Source: an uncultured Candidatus Saccharibacteria bacterium
Lineage (GTDB): Bacteria > Patescibacteriota > Minisyncoccia > UBA6257 > GWB1-50-10
DNA length: 53,279 bases
Reading direction: 5' to 3'
Assembly: GCA_964449245.1 (NCBI GenBank)
Contig: CAYUXY010000005.1
Span: 1 to 53,279 of the forward strand
Shown: piece by piece, positions 1 through 8,874 of the stretch
Numbering within the stretch: position 1 is the first letter of the stretch
Layout: the number at the start of each line of letters is the position of its first letter
Notes under the pieces: generated by a model
Database searches by the model: none
Told to the model about the DNA's origin: nothing
Seen by the model: only the letters and a program-made list of their open reading frames with translations
Made by a program: the position numbers and the translations under genes

Positions 1-1195
1 TATCATTCATATGGCTTTTGATCTTGGGTATCAGGGATTCATACTCTTCCTTAGTGTATTGCTTATTGAGAATACAATATTCTTTGTTACGAAGGCCTAC
101 ACAGCCGAAGAGGTGGGAGGAATTGTAGCAGTATGTGCAATATGTGAGACTATGAGGAACATCAGTAAAATGAATAAATTTGGAATTATATCCGCCGAAT
201 CCGGCCACAACAGATTCATACATAAGTTCGCATCTCCCTGTGCCACAACAATCCATGCCGTCCTTTAAATCAAAAACGCGCACGGAATACGAAACATTTT
301 CTACATCATGCCCGTTAAATATACGTTTTGAATTGGTGGAATTTTCTATATTATTTCCGGAACAATTGTCCGAATTTACTATGCGCGCGAATTTATGTAA
401 AGATTTTTTCTTCATTTCGAAAAACTCGTCTCGCAATTCTTTTATAACACTGTCGCTACCTAAATTAATGGATTTTATAACTTCCTTATATTCATCCGCT
501 CCCAATTGTTTGTTTCGAAAAACAAATCGCTTGTTTCTAAGATTCGAACTCATAAAACATTCGTCGCAATTCGAGCACGAAAATATGAACGAAGAATTCA
601 TACAATCCTTAGAATCAATCGAATATGTCGTCCTGTAATTTTTTACTCCATCCATGCTTTCGTAACAAAGCTCCGAATCTTTCAAACCGAAGCAATCAAC
701 ACATTCTTTGCATTTGTCGCTATATGCAACATATCTCACATTTTCAACGTCAACTATAGAATACGAAAGATATGCACTCTTTGAACCCGCTAAAAAATTA
801 GAAAAGTCGCTATTTGGATTGTCCCGAAGCAATAATAAATTAAATACGGGAACGGTTTCCTGAAGTTCTTTGTGCTGGGCAAAAAAAGGCACGTTCCAAT
901 CATATTCCTTTTGGAATGTCTGACCATCCCATTTATCAGAATGCCAGCAACTTCTGCAATAAACCACTCTTTTCATTTCGGGAGAATGCATAGACATAGT
1001 TTTTTGACCGCACAAAGAACATTCATTCCTGTAAAGAACTCTCTCATTTCTCCATGTTAGTTTTCTAATTAATCTACACTCCGGACAAAACGTGGGTGGT
1101 GGAACGTCGATTTTCTGATAAAACGCCTCGTCATCAGGCGTGATTTCAAAATCTGTTTTGCAATTTTGACACCGTCTTGATTCGCTTTGGCTCAT
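1..1195 (-). CDS. Cys-rich zinc-ribbon / CxxC-repeat protein of unknown function (partial; C-terminus lies beyond the window start)
   Basis: Absent from the ORF track because it has no stop inside the window. Manual minus-strand translation from ATG at 1195-1193 gives MSQSESRRCQNCKTDFEITPDDEAFYQKIDVPPPTFCPECRLIRKLTWRNERVLYRNECSLCGQK... It stays open for 398 codons down to position 2; I checked every in-frame plus-strand triplet for tta/cta/tca. It has many CxxC pairs. The + strand ORFs at 11..1060 are antisense shadows of it. Confidence 0.6.
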   Translation of the reverse strand, partial: MSQSESRRCQNCKTDFEITPDDEAFYQKIDVPPPTFCPECRLIRKLTWRNERVLYRNECSLCGQKTMSMHSPEMKRVVYCRSCWHSDKWDGQTFQKEYDWNVPFFAQHKELQETVPVFNLLLLRDNPNSDFSNFLAGSKSAYLSYSIVDVENVRYVAYSDKCKECVDCFGLKDSELCYESMDGVKNYRTTYSIDSKDCMNSSFIFSCSNCDECFMSSNLRNKRFVFRNKQLGADEYKEVIKSINLGSDSVIKELRDEFFEMKKKSLHKFARIVNSDNCSGNNIENSTNSKRIFNGHDVENVSYSVRVFDLKDGMDCCGTGRCELMYESVVAGFGGYNSKFIHFTDVPHSLTYCTYCYNSSHLFGCVGLRNKEYCILNKQYTKEEYESLIPKIKSHMND

Positions 1196-1309
1196 AATTT
1201 CTAATTACTTAACTCCGACGCCCCTTTGGGGGTCGCGAGCCCCGATCAAAGCATCGGGGTTTTGGCACTGTCTTGTTTCACTATCATTCATAATTTCTAA
1301 TTATCTAAT
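1164..1309. repeat. Imperfect ~50-nt direct duplication of the 5' end and upstream region of the Cys-rich gene, flanking a 46-nt GC-rich double hairpin
   Basis: 1164-1213 (ttttgacaccgtcttgattcgctttggctcataatttctaattacttaa) aligns with 1260-1309 (ttttggcactgtcttgtttcactatcattcataatttctaattatctaa), including an identical cataatttctaatta. Between them, 1214-1259 folds as cgcccc-ttt-gggggtcg and ccccgat-caaagc-atcgggg. Confidence 0.6.
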
Positions 1310-1502
1310 TTTGAATTTCGATTTAATGAATCAATGATTGAATTTCTGAATGGATTTATCTGTGCCTATATACTATATACAATATTCTATATACTTTTAT
1401 CCTCCTAATTTACAAACTTTATGAACTTTAAAAACTTTTAACTAATTTATTTTTGCCCTTCTTCTCTAACAACTAAAAACTAATAGCTAAAAACTGTATC
1501 TT

Positions 1503-2300
1503 TTACGGACAAGTAACTACGGTTGAAGTAACCGAGCCGGCATTCGTAACTCCTAATCTATAACACGCGGCGCCACTTGGCGTTTTCACCACAAATCCCG
1601 TGTTAACATCGCTCGTTGCCATATCTCCTCCACTCACAACGAGCTTGTATCCGGATGAAAAACTCGTAATCCCTATACCAAGAACTCCTGAAAAATATGC
1701 GTCCTTCCACTTCTTTAATGATGTGCCTAAATCATGGCTCGCATCTGCATTAGGATAAACCGATGAGTCAAACTCTGCCGCAGAAATCCTCCCAACGGCG
1801 GTCTGAAGAGACCGAGTAGCCGAGGCCTTAGCATTGTTTGTATTGTAACTTAACATAAGCTGGATACCGACCACAGAAAAACCTGTGGGGTTTTCATATT
1901 TTGTCGCGGAAAATCCATCAACAATGACATTTGAGTCCGTAAGCGGAGTGATTGTTGCAGTGCCAGAATTATTTATTTCCTCAAGATATAATATGGTACC
2001 ACTCGAATAAATATATGTCTTATCAACGGAAGATGAGGCCATACGCAACGCAAGGGTAGAACTTGAAACTCCGGACTGCATATCGATAAGACTTGATGAC
2101 TGCACAACACGCTTTACTGTATCGTTTACAAATGAAAGCTGTTGATTTAATTCGCTGACGGAAACTTGTTTCAATTGCACTTGGGTAACAACCGTTAGAA
2201 TACTGATTAAGAAAACCGAGCTTACGGCAAAAATGCCGACGTATATCAAAAGCTCAACGAGCGAAAAACCGGACTTTTTAGGACGATGAAATATTCTCAT
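1503..2300 (-). CDS. Type IV pilin-like protein (prepilin-type N-terminal cleavage/methylation domain)
   Basis: The N-terminus MRIFHRPKKSG/FSLVELLIYVGIFAV has G-1, F+1 and E+5 followed by a hydrophobic helix. The body is Ser/Thr-rich, and there is a C-terminal Cys pair (CYRLG...VVTCP). Confidence 0.8.
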   Translation of the reverse strand: MRIFHRPKKSGFSLVELLIYVGIFAVSSVFLISILTVVTQVQLKQVSVSELNQQLSFVNDTVKRVVQSSSLIDMQSGVSSSTLALRMASSSVDKTYIYSSGTILYLEEINNSGTATITPLTDSNVIVDGFSATKYENPTGFSVVGIQLMLSYNTNNAKASATRSLQTAVGRISAAEFDSSVYPNADASHDLGTSLKKWKDAYFSGVLGIGITSFSSGYKLVVSGGDMATSDVNTGFVVKTPSGAACYRLGVTNAGSVTSTVVTCP

Positions 2301-2328
2301 AAAAAAGTTATATTATAATCATATCAAA

Positions 2329-4200
2329 ATGAGGCAAACAATCAAAAAAGCGCTTCTTCCGCAATATATATTGGTCATCGTTATATTGTGCGTTGCAGGA
2401 GCCATGATGCTCATATCATCGAGCAAAGAATCCGGAACAATGGACGAGCTCGCTCACATTCCATCGGGATATAGCTATGTAAAATATCTCGACTATCGTC
2501 TCAATCCGGAACACCCTCCGCTTGTAAAGGCTCTGTCCGGAATTCCGCTTCTGTTTTTCGATCTGTCTTTTCCGACGGAACATAAAAGCTGGGCAAAAGA
2601 TCTGAATGGACAATGGGATTCAGGTACAGAATTTTTATATAACTCCGGTAATGACGCCGATTTAATCGTGTTCTGGGCGCGCATAGCCCCAATTCTTCTA
2701 ACGTTAATAACGATTGCGGTTGTGTTTTTTTGGGCAAAGGAGCTTATGGGCGGATGGTGGGCGCTTGTTCCCACAATATTCTTCGGACTGTCGCCTACTG
2801 TGCTCGCGCACGGTCATTTAGTTACAACGGATGTGGGAGCGACACTTGGAACAATCATCGCTCTTTTTTCTTTTTCGTCATTTTTAACTTTCCCGACAAA
2901 GAAAAAACTTATATTGTCCGGAATATGTTTGGGAATCGCCGAACTGCTAAAGTTTTCAAACGTACTGCTCTTTCCGCTATTTGCATTCATTTCACTAATT
3001 GTGTTTATAGCGGAATGGCGAAGGCATAAAATAAACTCCATCCAATATAAACCGCTGAAGAGGCTATGGTTTTTTATAAGGTCAACTGCGATTATTTTTA
3101 TAATTTCTATAGCAATAATTTACGCGGTATATTTTATATTTACGATTAATTATCCCATCGACAGACAAATCTCAGATACAACCGCGATACTCAGTGAATT
3201 TAAAATAGAACCGCTTAAAACTCTAAACATTTACCTATCTCAAAGTCCTATTTTCCGGCCAATTGGACATTATATGCTGGGGATCCTTATGGTAATGACA
3301 CGGTCAACCGGAGGCAACACGGGTTATTTATTAGGGGAAGTTACAAATAAAGGTTGGCTCTACTATTTCCCAACGGTTTTTGCAACAAAAGAAGCTCTTC
3401 CTGCATTAATCCTTATTTTAGGAGGAATAATTGCCGGAATAAAAAATATGCTTCCTTCAATATTAAAAAGGAGGGAAAAATTTAGCGAGTATATTGGAAT
3501 ACATACGTATGAATTTTCAATAATTGCGTTTTTAATTCTATATTGGGCATATAGCATAAAAAGCAACCTCAATATAGGAGTCCGGCATTTATTGCCAGCC
3601 ATACCGCTCATTTATATTATAGAGACAAATTCAATTAAAACTGCCATATCGTCCGCAATCACGAGCGACCAAGATAAAAAACCGTCTCATAAATTTACAT
3701 TGTATATAATTGCACTTGTTCTATGTATGATAATTTCAACAATAACGGCATTTCCATATTTTATTTCGTATTTCAATCCAATCGGAGGAGGTTTGTGGAA
3801 TGGATACAATATAGCAACTGATTCCAATTATGATTGGGGACAAGATCTGAAAAGACTAAAGTTATGGAAAAACGATATGGAAAAAAACGGCGTAGCTATA
3901 GGAAAAATTGCAATAGATTATTTTGGCGCAGGAAATCCGGAATACTATTTTGGAAACGAAAATATTGAGCGATGGGACGCAAATAAAGGAAATCCCATGG
4001 ACAAAGGAATCGAGTGGATAGCAATATCCGTAAACACTCTTTCTCAATCTTTTGCAAAAGAAACTAAAGGATTTAAGCGCAACATACAGGAGCCTTACGA
4101 TTGGCTTCAAGAATTAAAAACAGAAAACGAGGGAGGAATGGCAAAAATTCCGACACCTGATTTCCGCGCAGGCACATCGATTTTCGTATATCACTTATAA
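2329..4200 (+). CDS. PMT/ArnT-type lipid-carrier-dependent glycosyltransferase (GT39/GT83-like), polytopic membrane protein
   Basis: 623 aa with many TM segments. The first loop, DELAHIPSGYSYVKYLDYRLNPEHPPLVK, is typical of this family. Confidence 0.65.
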   Translation: MRQTIKKALLPQYILVIVILCVAGAMMLISSSKESGTMDELAHIPSGYSYVKYLDYRLNPEHPPLVKALSGIPLLFFDLSFPTEHKSWAKDLNGQWDSGTEFLYNSGNDADLIVFWARIAPILLTLITIAVVFFWAKELMGGWWALVPTIFFGLSPTVLAHGHLVTTDVGATLGTIIALFSFSSFLTFPTKKKLILSGICLGIAELLKFSNVLLFPLFAFISLIVFIAEWRRHKINSIQYKPLKRLWFFIRSTAIIFIISIAIIYAVYFIFTINYPIDRQISDTTAILSEFKIEPLKTLNIYLSQSPIFRPIGHYMLGILMVMTRSTGGNTGYLLGEVTNKGWLYYFPTVFATKEALPALILILGGIIAGIKNMLPSILKRREKFSEYIGIHTYEFSIIAFLILYWAYSIKSNLNIGVRHLLPAIPLIYIIETNSIKTAISSAITSDQDKKPSHKFTLYIIALVLCMIISTITAFPYFISYFNPIGGGLWNGYNIATDSNYDWGQDLKRLKLWKNDMEKNGVAIGKIAIDYFGAGNPEYYFGNENIERWDANKGNPMDKGIEWIAISVNTLSQSFAKETKGFKRNIQEPYDWLQELKTENEGGMAKIPTPDFRAGTSIFVYHL

Positions 4201-5006
4201 TAAATTCTGTCTTGAACTCTGAAATCAAAATACGTTATGCTACTTATATCAATGCGATTTGCGATATTTTGCATTATGCCGTCAAAATTATTCGGCACAA
4301 ATGTCATATTAAAATAAAAAACCGGTCCGGACGGAATATGGGCTTCCCATTCTTCAAACGAATCGCCTTTGATTATAATTTTGTCCGGAACAAAATTTTT
4401 TACACCTATAGCCCGCAATGTTTCGAGTATATTGGACAACCAATCAGCGTTTTTAAAATAGCGTCCGCCAATGATTAAATTGTCGTCTTTGGCCCGTTCA
4501 AATCGCGGAATCAAAATTCCTTCTGCAAAAGGCACTCTGGCAAAAATCAGTCCACTTTTATCAATCGCATAGCATTCATAATTCTCATTGTCGCATACAA
4601 CTGCGGACAAAAACCTTTCTGAAATGTTTATCGATACGGAACGCTTTAAAACATCAATCTCAAATGAAACTCCATCCACTTCCGGTATCTCCGATAGTGA
4701 GATGTATTTGGACCCAAATTTCCAAAAAAGTATATTGTCGCTACCGAGAACTCCGAACACCCCACTCTTCAAATGAATCTGCGCCGAGGACGCGGATATT
4801 ACTGTAGAATCGTTTATGAGGCGCGTACCATTAACAGAAATTGTCTTCACCTTCCAACAACCGCAAAAAAGCACAAACCATACGGCAAGAACGATTAATA
4901 CAACCAACACGATAAAAACTATTGCGTAATATAATCCGGTTTTTTTTCTTTTATCCCGTTTTCCGAATGTATAAAGCGCTGACGGATTTTGCATATTATT
5001 TTTCAT
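4191..5006 (-). CDS. ftsQ: Cell division protein FtsQ/DivIB-like (N-terminal TM plus POTRA)
   Basis: A single TM (YYAIVFIVLVVLIVLAVWFVLF) is followed by a POTRA-like segment, WKVKTISVNGTRLINDSTVISAS. Size is about 270 aa. Confidence 0.5.
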   Translation of the reverse strand: MKNNMQNPSALYTFGKRDKRKKTGLYYAIVFIVLVVLIVLAVWFVLFCGCWKVKTISVNGTRLINDSTVISASSAQIHLKSGVFGVLGSDNILFWKFGSKYISLSEIPEVDGVSFEIDVLKRSVSINISERFLSAVVCDNENYECYAIDKSGLIFARVPFAEGILIPRFERAKDDNLIIGGRYFKNADWLSNILETLRAIGVKNFVPDKIIIKGDSFEEWEAHIPSGPVFYFNMTFVPNNFDGIMQNIANRIDISSITYFDFRVQDRIYYK

Positions 5007-5628
5007 ATACTCTTACTGGTAATGTGTAAAAATACTTTTGCGCTCCATTTTCTTTCACATCAACCTTAACTGAATAATCTCCTTTTGATTGCCAAATATG
5101 AGAGCTTATCGCAATGCCGGTATCAGACACAATTCCGTCAGAAATAATACCATCCCCCCAATTGATTGAGTATGCATATCCCCGATTTTGTATAGAAAAT
5201 GCAAGCGGTTGCCCAACTTCCGTAATCAGGGCCGCAAAAGGAGGTGGAATTTCATATTCTGAACCTGAAACCGAGATTGTATCCGGAAAGGTCGTCGAGG
5301 TATTCGATGAAGAATCAGATGCAAATGAATTGATAGACTGCTCAGGCTCTCCGGATATCTTAATCGCAAAATTATTAACTTTTTGGGCGACGGAGGAAAG
5401 CGCCTCCGAGACAACTCCGCGCGCATAATTTCCGGCCTTTTCGGTTATGGATTCTTTTGTTTTAGAAGCAACATAATTTGATAAATCTTTCGCATTTTCT
5501 ATGGACTGTTCAATCTTCTTTTCGGGAAATTTTTCTCCACTCATCCATTTTGTATAAATAAAATATCCGCAATATGCGACTATTAGAACAACAATTATCC
5601 AAAATATTATCTTGAGAAACGTCTTCAT
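4996..5628 (-). CDS. Membrane-anchored protein with a PKD-like domain
   Basis: N-terminal TM. The C-terminal YSINWGDGIISDG...HIWQSKGDYSVKVDVKENG resembles the PKD WxFGDG...Y.V motif. Confidence 0.4.
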   Translation of the reverse strand: MKTFLKIIFWIIVVLIVAYCGYFIYTKWMSGEKFPEKKIEQSIENAKDLSNYVASKTKESITEKAGNYARGVVSEALSSVAQKVNNFAIKISGEPEQSINSFASDSSSNTSTTFPDTISVSGSEYEIPPPFAALITEVGQPLAFSIQNRGYAYSINWGDGIISDGIVSDTGIAISSHIWQSKGDYSVKVDVKENGAQKYFYTLPVRVYEK

Positions 5629-5683
5629 CCTCCTCCCATTTTATCAGATAATACGCAGGAAATCTCTACCGACACCCTTAGAA

Positions 5684-6946
5684 TTACTTCTTTTTTATTT
5701 CCTTTTTGCCAACATATTTTGCAAGCAATGCCGGAAGCTTAATTGTACCTTCTTTTGTCTGAAAGTTTTCTAAAATAGCGAGAATAGGTCGCTGTGAAAA
5801 ACCGGTCGCGTTTAGGGTATGCACAAACTCGCGTTTCCCGTCTTTGTCTTTATATTTCGTGGATATACCACGAGATTGAAAATCGGTAGTATTCGAACAC
5901 GAGTGAGTCTCACGATATTTATTCTGAGATGGAAACCATGCCTCAACATCAAATTGTCGAGCATCGGTCCAGCCCATATCTCCTGTGCAATTTTCCACTA
6001 CGCGATATGGCAATTCTAGTTTCTGCATTAATTCCTCTTGCAATGACAATAAAAATTTATGTTCGTCTTCAGATTTCTCCGGATGCGCGAAAGAAATAAA
6101 TTCAACTTTATCAAATTGATGCACGCGTAAAATGCCTTTGGTATCTTTTCCATACGAACCCGCTTCTCTTCGAAAACATGTCGAAAATCCAACGTATCTC
6201 TTTGGAAGATCCGAAGCTTCTAATGTTTCTCCCATATGCAACGGAATCAGGGTATGTTCAGCACTGCCGATAAGATACATCCCCTCTTGGTCTATAAAAT
6301 ATCTTTCGTCTTTTTGGTCAGATGCGAGTCTCCCTATGCCCTCATATACCTCCGGACGAATCATTACCGGAGGAATAACCGGCGTAAACCCATAAGGAAG
6401 CGCGGTGTCTAACGCAATTCTTATTAACGCAAACTCGAGCAACGCTCCCTCATTCTTTAAATATCCAAATCTTGTCCCAGCCACTTCCGAAGCGGTCTTT
6501 GTATCTATGAGATCGAGAGATTCTCCAAGCTCCATATAATCTTTCGGAACAAAATCAAACGATGGCTTTTCTCCAACTTGCCTCAAAACTCTATTTTCAT
6601 TTTCATCTTTGCCCTCAATAACATCTTCGAAAGGCGCGTTTGGAAGATTATTAAGAATTTCATTTTTCTTTTTTTCCATCTCATCTCTCTCAATTTCAAT
6701 TTCTGCAATACGTTTTTTTAACACCTGCGCTTTTGCAAGAAATTCATTTTTACCGTTTCCGGAAGACGATATCTCTTTTGTTATCGAATTCTGTTCAGAC
6801 TTTAACTCATCAATAGCCTGCGTTTTTTTACGCCATTCTTCGTCATATCTCAAAAATTTATCAACGAGCTTTCCGTCAACTTTCTTCCTTGCAAGAAGCA
6901 GTTTTGCACGATCTGGATTTTCCCTTAAAAAATTTACGTTTAACAT
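5684..6946 (-). CDS. serS: Seryl-tRNA synthetase
   Basis: N-terminal coiled-coil arm (MLNVNFLRENPD...). Class II core with FRREAGS and TGDMGWTDARQFDVEAWFPSQNKYRETHSCSNTTDFQSR. Confidence 0.9.
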   Translation of the reverse strand: MLNVNFLRENPDRAKLLLARKKVDGKLVDKFLRYDEEWRKKTQAIDELKSEQNSITKEISSSGNGKNEFLAKAQVLKKRIAEIEIERDEMEKKKNEILNNLPNAPFEDVIEGKDENENRVLRQVGEKPSFDFVPKDYMELGESLDLIDTKTASEVAGTRFGYLKNEGALLEFALIRIALDTALPYGFTPVIPPVMIRPEVYEGIGRLASDQKDERYFIDQEGMYLIGSAEHTLIPLHMGETLEASDLPKRYVGFSTCFRREAGSYGKDTKGILRVHQFDKVEFISFAHPEKSEDEHKFLLSLQEELMQKLELPYRVVENCTGDMGWTDARQFDVEAWFPSQNKYRETHSCSNTTDFQSRGISTKYKDKDGKREFVHTLNATGFSQRPILAILENFQTKEGTIKLPALLAKYVGKKEIKKK

Positions 6947-6949
6947 AAT

Positions 6950-8395
6950 CTATTTATTATCTTCTCTTACGAGAGGAAACACGACGATTTCTCTGATTGG
7001 TTTCTCCATTAACACAGAAAATAGCCTCTCGGAAACTCCAAATCCGGCCGCCGGAGGCATTCCATACTCCAAGGCTTCAATAAAATCTTCGTCCATTCTT
7101 TGCGCTTCAGAATCCCCTTCGGAACGTAATTTTGCCTGTTCTTCAAATCTCTTTCTTTGATCGCGCGGGTCATTTAACTCTGAAAATCCCTTACCCAATT
7201 CCGTGCCATATGCCAAAATCTGAAACCTCTCAACTCTATTCGGATCTGACGGCATTCTTTTAGCAAGCGGCTCAACTTCAACGGGAGGATTGATAAGAAA
7301 ACACGGCTTAATAAGCGTAGGTCGAACCATTTTTTTATATATCAAATCTATAATCCTGCCCTTACCTAAATTATTTTCTACAGGAATTCCAAATTCTGCG
7401 GCCTTTTTAATTAACATTTCATTGGTTGCAACAGATAAATCTATTCCGGTTTTTTTCTTAAAAATATCGAAATAGTCAACAGTAGGCCATTTGCCTGCCC
7501 AAGATATTTTGGAACCGCCATGTGACAAAGAAAGAGTACCAAAAACAGCCTTGATTACTTTTTTGTACATCGACTCCACGAATTTCATCATATCGTTATA
7601 ATCCCAAAAACTCCTGTAACATTCCATTTGCGTATAATCCTGCAAATGTTCGCGATCAATGCCCTCGTTTCTAAAAATTCTTCCTATTTCAAAAATACTG
7701 TCAAATCCGGCAACAAGCATTTTCTTGAGCGGAAGCTCAAGCGAAATACGCAAATAAAAATCTCTATCGAGCGCGTTATGATGTGTTATAAACGGCTCCG
7801 CTTCAGCCCCACCCGGAACTGGCTCTAACACAGGCATTTGTATTTCAAAAAAATTATTTTCTTTTAAAAAATTTCTTATTGTATCCCAAAATATTTCTTT
7901 TTTTCTGAAAATATCTTTTACATCATCATTTAGCAAAATATCAAGATATCTTTTTCTGTATTTAGTTTCTATGTCTTCTATTCCATACCAAGAAGAAGGC
8001 ATGGGTCTTATGCTTTTAGAAACAATGTGTACCATCTGCGCAACTACGCTCTTTTCGCCCCGTTTTGTTATAAAAGGAGTTCCTTTAACAGATATGAAAT
8101 CTCCAACGTCAACCGAATCTTTTAATAGCGGCCGATTTTTTGTCTCTTCTTTTATTATAATCTGTATCTTAGAATCTCCGTCTTTGATATCGACAAAGAT
8201 TATTTTTCCTTGATCTCTCAATGCAAAAATTCTTCCTGCTATTTGAACTTTCTTTTCGGTAGACAGAAGTTCAGTAAAATTGTCGAGAACATCAGAAACG
8301 CGATGACTCAGCTTTACGCTTGCGGGAAAAGCAGACTCTGTCTGTTCATAATAATCAAGTTTTTTTTCCCGTTCTCTTATAATATCTTCGCGCAT
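6950..8395 (-). CDS. lysS: Lysyl-tRNA synthetase, class II
   Basis: OB-fold N-domain. Motifs PGGAEAEPF, FRNEGIDREHLQDYTQMECY and ELGKGFSELNDP. Confidence 0.9.
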   Translation of the reverse strand: MREDIIREREKKLDYYEQTESAFPASVKLSHRVSDVLDNFTELLSTEKKVQIAGRIFALRDQGKIIFVDIKDGDSKIQIIIKEETKNRPLLKDSVDVGDFISVKGTPFITKRGEKSVVAQMVHIVSKSIRPMPSSWYGIEDIETKYRKRYLDILLNDDVKDIFRKKEIFWDTIRNFLKENNFFEIQMPVLEPVPGGAEAEPFITHHNALDRDFYLRISLELPLKKMLVAGFDSIFEIGRIFRNEGIDREHLQDYTQMECYRSFWDYNDMMKFVESMYKKVIKAVFGTLSLSHGGSKISWAGKWPTVDYFDIFKKKTGIDLSVATNEMLIKKAAEFGIPVENNLGKGRIIDLIYKKMVRPTLIKPCFLINPPVEVEPLAKRMPSDPNRVERFQILAYGTELGKGFSELNDPRDQRKRFEEQAKLRSEGDSEAQRMDEDFIEALEYGMPPAAGFGVSERLFSVLMEKPIREIVVFPLVREDNK

Positions 8396-8411
8396 AAGGA
8401 ACTATGCAATC

Positions 8412-8870
8412 TTATTCAATACTTAATATTTTCAACGAGATTTCTCCTTTGGGAACGGATACAACGGCAACATCGCCTACGGTGAGTCCGAGCACACTTC
8501 GTCCTATTGGAGATTCGTTAGATATTTTCCCCTCCGCAGGATTCGCGTCTTGAGAACCGACAATTGTATATTGAAATTCTTCTGAACCATTTTTCACTGT
8601 TATATGAGAGCCCACTTTGATTATCGTATCGCCGGACGAGTGCTTAATAATGGAAGCGTTTCTTAACAATTCATCAAGCTGAACAATTTTCTGTTCAATA
8701 ATCGATTGTTGCTCGCGAGCCTCTTGATATTCTGAATTTTCAGAAAGATCTCCGAGCTCTTTTGCGTGTCTCAACCGTTCGGCAACATCGTTGCGTCCGG
8801 TAGTTTTTAACTCCTCTAATTCTTTGACCATCTCATCGTACTTATCCTTCGTAAGGTATGTTGTATCCAT
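8412..8870 (-). CDS. greA: Transcription elongation factor GreA
   Basis: LGDLSENSEYQEAREQQ coiled-coil tip and a C-terminal FKBP-like domain; 152 aa. Confidence 0.9.
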   Translation of the reverse strand: MDTTYLTKDKYDEMVKELEELKTTGRNDVAERLRHAKELGDLSENSEYQEAREQQSIIEQKIVQLDELLRNASIIKHSSGDTIIKVGSHITVKNGSEEFQYTIVGSQDANPAEGKISNESPIGRSVLGLTVGDVAVVSVPKGEISLKILSIE

Positions 8871-8874
8871 AAAT

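Noticed and set aside
1-10. Window-start sequence tatcattcat matching the duplicated pseudo-start (ctatcattcataattt at 1283-1298), hinting at a tandem paralogue start
   Set aside because: It is only a 10-nt match in AT-rich sequence, in frame within the open reading frame and at the window edge. It cannot be evaluated.
11-1060. Four + strand ORFs from the track (11..268, 180..638, 506..784, 872..1060)
   Set aside because: They overlap each other in different frames and are low-complexity. All lie antisense to a continuous 398-codon minus-strand ORF with clear zinc-ribbon motifs, so they are shadow ORFs.
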